A stretch of 64,000 bases of DNA from Paramoeba atlantica (lineage: Eukaryota > Protista > Discosea). The translations under genes and the position numbers were made by a program. The stretch is from positions 186,001-250,000 of the forward strand of contig CDRNVI010000140.1 of the NCBI GenBank assembly GCA_977017575.1. Direction: 5' to 3'. The notes beneath the pieces were generated by a model. It searched no databases and was not told the DNA's origin. It was given only the letters and a program-made list of their open reading frames with translations. Below are positions 58,058 through 64,000 of this stretch, piece after piece; positions within the stretch are counted from its first letter, which is position 1, and every line of letters starts with the position of its first letter.

Positions 58058-58293
58058 CGTCTTTCTTCGTCCCACAAGGAGAGAACACAAAAGAAAAAGA
58101 ATCAAGGGTTGGTTTTCCAAGACAACAAGGAATTAAGAAACCCCAAAAAAAACAATAGAAGGTTAGAAAAGCAACCAAAAGAAGAGAAAGAAAGAGAGAA
58201 AAAGGAGGAAAAACGAAAAAAAAGTTTTTTCTGTTGTTTGGGGAAAAAGCTTCTTTTTCAGTTTTTCAAGTTTTTCTTCTGTTTTGTCTCACT

Positions 58294-58731
58294 CTATTTT
58301 TCTCCTTTTGCTGGTTTGAGATTCGTTTGCAAAGTCTCATTAAAGAATTTATCCATTCTTGGAGCAATTTCTTGAATGAACCCAGCTCCAAACTCCCAAA
58401 CACACCCTCTTTCTTCCAATCTCAACCTTTTCACCATTTCCTCTTTCCGCTTCTGATCACGTTTACCAACCCAAATATACAGAACCACCCCTTCAATCCC
58501 ACCAAGACGAGAGACATCTTCCTCGAAAAGATCAATTGCTTTTTCAAAATCTCCATAAGAAAGGAGGGATGGTGGGGAGAAAAGAATCCCTTGGCAATCT
58601 TTGAAATCAGAAGACGAATTCGAAAAGACAAAACTCAATTCTTTTTGTTTGTTCAACAATCCAACAAGCTGTGGGGCATCACAAATCACCAAAATTTTTG
58701 GTTTTGATTCACTTTCATCAATATCCGCCAT
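58294..58731 (-). CDS. KPAK-tail array gene D4 (145 aa)
   Basis: Intact paralog ending LKPAKGEK*. Confidence 0.85.
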   Translation of the reverse strand: MADIDESESKPKILVICDAPQLVGLLNKQKELSFVFSNSSSDFKDCQGILFSPPSLLSYGDFEKAIDLFEEDVSRLGGIEGVVLYIWVGKRDQKRKEEMVKRLRLEERGCVWEFGAGFIQEIAPRMDKFFNETLQTNLKPAKGEK

Positions 58732-58920
58732 CGTCTTTCTTCCTCCTCTCCCCCCGACGAGAAAGAAGAGAAAAAGAAGGGAGGGTTGAGTGTTAGTCCT
58801 CCAAGACAGCAGCAAGGAATGAAGAAACCCCAAAAAGAAGGATAGCGGAATAGCAGAGAAAAGTCCTCCAAGACAACAAGGAATTATGAAGAAGGAGAGA
58901 AGAGAAAGAGAGAAAGAGAG

Positions 58921-58951
<31 letters not shown>

Positions 58952-59036
58952 AAGAGAGAAGGAAACGAAAAAAAGATTTTTCTGTTTGGGAAAAACACAA
59001 TATTTTTTCAGTTTTTTTCCAAACTTTGAAAGGATC

Positions 59037-59483
59037 TCAATCTTCTCTTTTTTCTCTTTTTGCTGGTTTGAGATTCGTTTGCAAAGTCTCATTAAAGAAT
59101 TTATCCATCATTGGAGCAATTTCTTGAAGAAGCCCAGCTCCAAACCCCCAAACACACCCTCTTTCTTCCAATCTCAACCTTTTCACCATTTCCTCTTCCC
59201 ACTTCTGATCAGTTTTAGCAACCCAAATATACAGAACCACCCCTTCAATCCCACCAAGACGAGAGACATCTTCCTCGAAAAGATCAATCGCTCCTTCAAA
59301 ATGTCCATAAGAAAGGACGTTTTGTGGGTAGAAAAGAATCCCTTGGCAATCTTTGAAATCAGAATCCAGATCCGAAAAGACAAAACTCAATTCTTTTTGT
59401 CTGTTCAACCTTCCAACAATCCGCTTATCACCACCAATCACCAAAATTTTTGGTTTTGATTCACTTTCATCAATATCCGCCAT
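59037..59483 (-). CDS. KPAK-tail array gene D5 (148 aa)
   Basis: Intact paralog ending LKPAKREKRED*. Confidence 0.85.
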   Translation of the reverse strand: MADIDESESKPKILVIGGDKRIVGRLNRQKELSFVFSDLDSDFKDCQGILFYPQNVLSYGHFEGAIDLFEEDVSRLGGIEGVVLYIWVAKTDQKWEEEMVKRLRLEERGCVWGFGAGLLQEIAPMMDKFFNETLQTNLKPAKREKRED

Positions 59484-59721
59484 TGTCTTTCTTCGTCCTC
59501 TGCCCCCCCCCGACGAGAAAGAAGAGAAAAAGAAGGGAGGGTTGAATGTTAGTCCTCCAAGACTACAAGGAATTTATGAAAGAAGGAGAGAAGAGAAAGA
59601 GAGAAAGAGAAGGAAAAACGAAAAAAGGTTTTTTTGGGGGAAAAACACAATATTTTTCAGTTTTTTCAGTTTTTTCAGTTTTTCAGTTTTGTCTCCCTCT
59701 TTCCAATCTTTGGAAGAGATC

Positions 59722-60159
59722 TCAATCTTCTCTTTTTTCTCTTTTTGCTGGTTTGACAATCGCTTGGAAATTTTCTTGAAAGAATTGATCCATCTCCGGG
59801 ATAATCTCAGACCCAGCCCCAAACTCCCAAACACATCCTCTTTCTTCCAATCTCAACCTTTTCACCATTTCCTCTTTCAAACATGCATCACCTCGAGTAA
59901 CCCAAATATACAGAACCACCCCTTCAATCCCACCAAGACGAGAGACATCTTCCTCGAAAAGATCAATCGCTTCTTCCAAATGTCCTTCTCTATAAAGGTA
60001 CGATGGTGGGCAGTAAAGAATCCCTTGGCAATCTTTGAAATCAGAAGGCGAATTCGAAAAGACAAAACTCAATTCCTTTTTGTTCAACCATTCAACTACC
60101 AAGGTAAAACCAAACACCAAAATTTTTGGTTTTGATTTACTTTCATCAATGTCCACCAT
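59722..60159 (-). CDS. KPAK-tail array gene D6 (145 aa)
   Basis: Intact paralog ending VKPAKREKRED*. Confidence 0.85.
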   Translation of the reverse strand: MVDIDESKSKPKILVFGFTLVVEWLNKKELSFVFSNSPSDFKDCQGILYCPPSYLYREGHLEEAIDLFEEDVSRLGGIEGVVLYIWVTRGDACLKEEMVKRLRLEERGCVWEFGAGSEIIPEMDQFFQENFQAIVKPAKREKRED

Positions 60160-60374
60160 CGTCTTTTTTCGTCCTCCAAGAAAGGAGAGAAAACAAAAGA
60201 AAAAGAACCAAGGGATGGAATTTCCAAGACAACAAGGAATTAAGAAAACAAAAGAACAGAGAAAAGCAACAACCGAAGAAGAAAGAGAGAAAGAGAGAAG
60301 GAAAAACGAAAAAAAGTTTTTTCTGTTTGGGGGAAAAACGCAATATTTTTCAGTTTTTTCTGATTTGTCTCCCT

Positions 60375-60818
60375 CTATTTTTCTCTTTTTGCTGGTTTGA
60401 GATTTGTTTGTGAATTGTCATTAAAGAATTTATCCATTATTGGAGCAATTTGTTCATCAGACCCAGCTCCAAACCCCCAAACACATCCTCTTTCTTCCAA
60501 TCTCAACCTTTTCACCGTTTCCTCTTCGAATCCCCCATCCCTTTCATCAACCCAAACAAACAGAACCACCCCTTCAATCCCACCAAGACAAGAGACATCT
60601 TCCTCGAAAAGATCAATTGCTTCTTCAAAATAATATTCTTCTACAGAAAAGGATTCTTTTGGGTAGAAAAGAATCCCTTGGCAATCTTTGAAATCAGAAT
60701 CCAGATCTGAATAGACAAAACTCAATCCCTTTTGTTTGTTCAACCATGGAACAATGTACTCCTCACCACCAATCAACAAAATTTTTGGTTTTGATTCACT
60801 TTCATCGACGTCTGCCAT
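60375..60818 (-). CDS. KPAK-tail array gene D7 (147 aa)
   Basis: Intact paralog ending LKPAKREK*. Confidence 0.85.
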   Translation of the reverse strand: MADVDESESKPKILLIGGEEYIVPWLNKQKGLSFVYSDLDSDFKDCQGILFYPKESFSVEEYYFEEAIDLFEEDVSCLGGIEGVVLFVWVDERDGGFEEETVKRLRLEERGCVWGFGAGSDEQIAPIMDKFFNDNSQTNLKPAKREK

Positions 60819-61088
60819 CGTCTTTCTTCGTCCTCCAAGAAAGAAGGGGCTGAGTGTGAGTCCTCCAAGATAACAAGGAATTACAAGGGAGGGGTTTGAG
60901 TGTTAGTCTTCCAAGACAGCAGCAAGGAATGAAGAAACCCCAAAAAAGAAGAAGGAGAGAAGAACAGATAAAAGTAACAACAACAGAAGAAGAGAAAGAA
61001 AGAGAGAAAGAGAAGGAAAAACGAAAAAAAGTTTTTTCTGCTGTTTGGTGAAAAAACCTTCTTTTTCAGTTTTCTGTTTTGTCTCGCT

Positions 61089-61523
61089 CTATTTTTCTCT
61101 TTTTGCTGGTTTGAGATTTGTTTGTGAATTGTCATTAAAGAATTTATCCATTCTTGGAGCAAACTGTTCGTCAGACCCAGCTCCAAACCCCCAAACACAT
61201 CCTCTTTCTTCCAATCTCAACCTTTTCACCATTTCCACTTCGAATCCCCAATCACTTTCATCAACCCAAATATACAGAACCACCCCTTCAATCCCACCAA
61301 GACGAGAGACATCTTTCTCGAAAAGATCACTTGTTTTTTCAAGAGAACATCCTTCAGAAAAGGTTTGTGGTGGGTAGAAAAGAATCCTTTGGCAATCTTT
61401 GAAATCAGAAGACGAATTCGAATACACAAAACTCAATCCATCTTGTTTGTTCAACCAGCTCTGAATGTACTTGTCACCGAGCACCAAAACTTTTGGTTTT
61501 GATTCACTTTCATCATCCGCCAT
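61089..61523 (-). CDS. KPAK-tail array gene D8 (144 aa)
   Basis: Intact paralog; upstream sequence shared only with D9. Confidence 0.85.
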   Translation of the reverse strand: MADDESESKPKVLVLGDKYIQSWLNKQDGLSFVYSNSSSDFKDCQRILFYPPQTFSEGCSLEKTSDLFEKDVSRLGGIEGVVLYIWVDESDWGFEVEMVKRLRLEERGCVWGFGAGSDEQFAPRMDKFFNDNSQTNLKPAKREK

Positions 61524-62000
61524 TTGTTGAAAAACCCCAACCTTCCAAAACCAAAAACTCTTTCTCTACCAAAAGAGAACCAAAAAACAAAACTATTTCT
61601 CCAACAAAAAAGAAATTCAAAAAATGGTTTTTGGCGGTTTAAATTATTGGGTAAGAGTTTTAGAGTGAGTGATACAGGATCACTGTACCACTCAAAAAGT
61701 ACAGAATAGGAAAAAAGGGAAAAACAGAAAAACATAGAGAAGCGAGGCTCCTGAGATCTACAAATTTCACCGATGAAAGCAGGTAGAGAGGAACAAAATC
61801 ACTTCGTACAGGAGAACCACAATGATAAGTATTTCTGTGAGAAGTGGCTTGTTCGGAGACAAGAAGAAATAAAGGGGGGGGTCGTGGGTGGGAGAAGAAG
61901 AATAAAGAGAAAGAAAGAGAGAGTTTGGCTTTTTTTTCTGCTGTTGGGGAAAACGCTTCTTATTCAGTTTTCTGTCAACTTTTTTCTGTTTTGTCTCACT

Positions 62001-62432
62001 CTATTTTTCTCTTTTTGCTGGTTTGAGATTTGTTTGTGAATTGTCATTAAAGAATTTATCCATTATTGGAGCAAACTGTTCGTCAGGCCCAGCCCCAAAC
62101 TCCCAAACACATCCTCTTTCTTTCAATCTCAACCTTTTCACCATTTCCTCTTTCAACTCTCCATCACTTTCATCAACCCAAACATACAGAACCACCCCTT
62201 CAATCCCACCAAGACGAGAGATATCTTCCTCGAAAAGATCAATTGCTTCTTCAAGAGAACCTCCTTCAGAAAAGGCTAGTGGTGGGTAGAAAAGAATCCC
62301 TTGACAATCTTTGAAATCAGAAGACGAATTCGAATACACAAAACTCAATCCATCTTGTTTGTTCAACCAGCTATGAATGTACTCGTCACCAAGCACCAAA
62401 ACTTTTGGTTTTGATTCACTTTCATCCGCCAT
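62001..62432 (-). CDS. KPAK-tail array gene D9 (143 aa)
   Basis: Intact paralog ending LKPAKREK*. Confidence 0.85.
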   Translation of the reverse strand: MADESESKPKVLVLGDEYIHSWLNKQDGLSFVYSNSSSDFKDCQGILFYPPLAFSEGGSLEEAIDLFEEDISRLGGIEGVVLYVWVDESDGELKEEMVKRLRLKERGCVWEFGAGPDEQFAPIMDKFFNDNSQTNLKPAKREK

Positions 62433-62660
62433 TTGTTGAAAAACCCCAACCTTCCAAAACCAAAAACTATTTCTCCACCAAAAGAAAAACTCAAAAATCA
62501 AATTTTCTCTCTTGCTAAAATTTGCGTGTAATTTTTGGCAGTGGAAAATTCATTTCTTGGAACAATTCAGAGAAAAATTAGTTCTAAAAGCAAGAAAAAA
62601 GGAGAGAGAGGAGAGAGAGAGAGAAAGGTTCTGTTTATTGTTACTCTCAAAATTTTTCTA

Positions 62661-63899
62661 TCATGTCAATTTAGAGAAAATGTTTGGGGAGAGAGAGAGG
62701 AGGAAGAAAAAATGATTTAATGTTCTTGTTCCAAGAGAATTTGAGGGGTTACACTTTTCAGTTCTTCTTTTCTCATTTCTCCTTGGATTGTCACCTGTGG
62801 AAAAACGAAGGAAGAGAGAGAGAGAGAAAGTTTGAATTCCAAGATAATTCAAAATAAACAAAGAAAAAGAAAAAGAAAAATAAACCTCAATTAAAGAATC
62901 AAGTCTCTCTTCTCTCTTCTCTTGTCCCTTCTTCTCTTCCTCCCAAACAACAAGAGGAACAGCATCTCGAATTTTGGGGTTGAGAGTTACACCACTCCCT
63001 CGAAATTTCTTTGGCATGATTAAAAGAGAGGGAGAAGAAGAGAGAGAGGGAGAAGAAGAAGAAGAAGAGAGGGAGGGAGAAGAGGACGATTGGGGAGGAG
63101 AATCAGAAACTTTTCTTTTCTTTCTGGGTTGTTCTGTGGAAGAGAGAGCTGCTGAAGAAGAAGAAGAAAGAGAAGAAGAAGAGAAATTTGGTAAATAATA
63201 CCGAATATTTCCACTCAAAATATCCCAATTATCAAAAGTCATTTTTTTCTTTTTTTCTCTCTCTCCATTTTTGTCTTCTTCTCTCTTTCCTTTCCCTCCA
63301 TCCCATTTCCTTTCTCGAAACACAAATCTTTCCTGGTCTGTCTCTTCTTCTTCTTTCTCTTCCTCCTCTTCTTTCTCTTTCTCTTTCTCTTTTTCACTCT
63401 CAACAATTCGACATTTAACACGCCATAATCCTCGAAAATGATATTCTTTTCCAATTTCTATTTCTTGACCAATCTCAATTCTCTCCAATTCTCCTTTTCC
63501 CATCTCTTCTCTTTCTTCCTCTCCCTTTTCTTGCTCTTTTTCTCCCTTTTCTTCTTTCCCTTTCTTTTCATTCTGAAAATATGGAGGATGAAAGAAAATG
63601 AGTTTTGTTCCAATTAAAAAAGATTGCATATCTTTTCTCAAAGCAACAAATGTTGAATCCCTTAATCTACAACAAATACAGTGAAAAAGTGAGCCAAAAG
63701 AAAGAGAAAGGAGAGAAAGAAGAAAAAAAACGAAGAAAAAAAGAAAAGAGAAAAAAACGAAGAAAAAAAAGAAAAGAAGAGAAAGAAGAAAAAGGAAAAG
63801 AAAAGAAAAAAAAACTTTTTGGTAGACGAATTTGATTGTAATCTCGGAATCAAAATAGTTCTGATGCTCTTTTCTCTGATTAATCCAACACCAAGACAT
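62661..63899 (-). CDS. Hypothetical multi-exon protein (probably partial)
   Basis: Beta-rich protein-like segments (IEIGKEYHFRGLWRVKCRIV, FDNWDILSGNIRYYLP) interleaved with low-complexity tracts and T-rich introns; the 5' end may lie outside the window. Confidence 0.45.
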   Translation of the reverse strand: MSWCWINQRKEHQNYFDSEITIKFVYQKVFFSFLFLFLLSLLFFFFFVFFSFLFFFVFFLLSLLSLSFGSLFHCICCRLRDSTFVALRKDMQSFLIGTKLIFFHPPYFQNEKKGKEEKGEKEQEKGEEEREEMGKGELERIEIGQEIEIGKEYHFRGLWRVKCRIVESEKEKEKEKEEEEEKEEEETDQERFVFRERKWDGGKGKREEDKNGEREKKKKMTFDNWDILSGNIRYYLPNFSSSSLSSSSSAALSSTEQPRKKRKVSDSPPQSSSSPSLSSSSSSPSLSSSPSLLIMPKKFRGSGVTLNPKIRDAVPLVVWEEEKKGQEKREERLDSLIEVYFSFSFSLFILNYLGIQTFSLSLFLRFSTGDNPRRNEKRRTEKCNPSNSLGTRTLNHFFFLLSLSPNIFSKLT

Positions 63900-64000
63900 C
63901 TTTTTTTAAAAACCAATTATTATTATAATAGAACAACAAATTATTATTATTATTACAATAAAATAACACGTCATTATCGAAATAAAATAACAAATTAATT

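Noticed and set aside
55740-62314. Recurrent plus-strand ORFs in the array (e.g. 57023-57706, 59353-60135, ...QNHPFNPTKTRDIFLEKIN...)
   Set aside because: Antisense shadows of the conserved minus-strand genes; starts and stops are inconsistent between copies.
62661-63899. Possible OB-fold/CST-type identity for the last gene
   Set aside because: Only a vague beta-rich impression; no diagnostic motif.

Overview
AT-rich, intron-dense eukaryotic (protist, probably amoebozoan-like; inference) nuclear DNA with the standard genetic code and about 35 genes. Housekeeping or recognisable genes: CHD1-type chromatin remodeller, VPS26C/DSCR3, CNBP-like zinc-knuckle protein, GST, PiT/Pho89-type phosphate transporter, NAD-dependent epimerase/DFR-like enzyme, three sulfotransferases, a Frizzled/Smoothened-like receptor, an LRR-kinase, a RING-B-box-Sel1 protein, a divergent intron-containing histone H4, an atypical Rho GTPase, two intron-containing tRNA-Tyr genes and a tandem pair of odd tRNAs. 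The main unexplained pattern is a short C-terminal [ILV]-K-P-[AV]-[KRQ] ('KPAK') tail on about 17 genes from unrelated families: ankyrin, LRR, SPRY and a 13-member family of ~145-160 aa alpha/beta proteins. Nine of those 13 form a tandem array with an invariant core and four hypervariable loops, a pattern suggesting a diversified recognition system. Exon structures were read by eye; nothing was searched or computed beyond the supplied ORF track.
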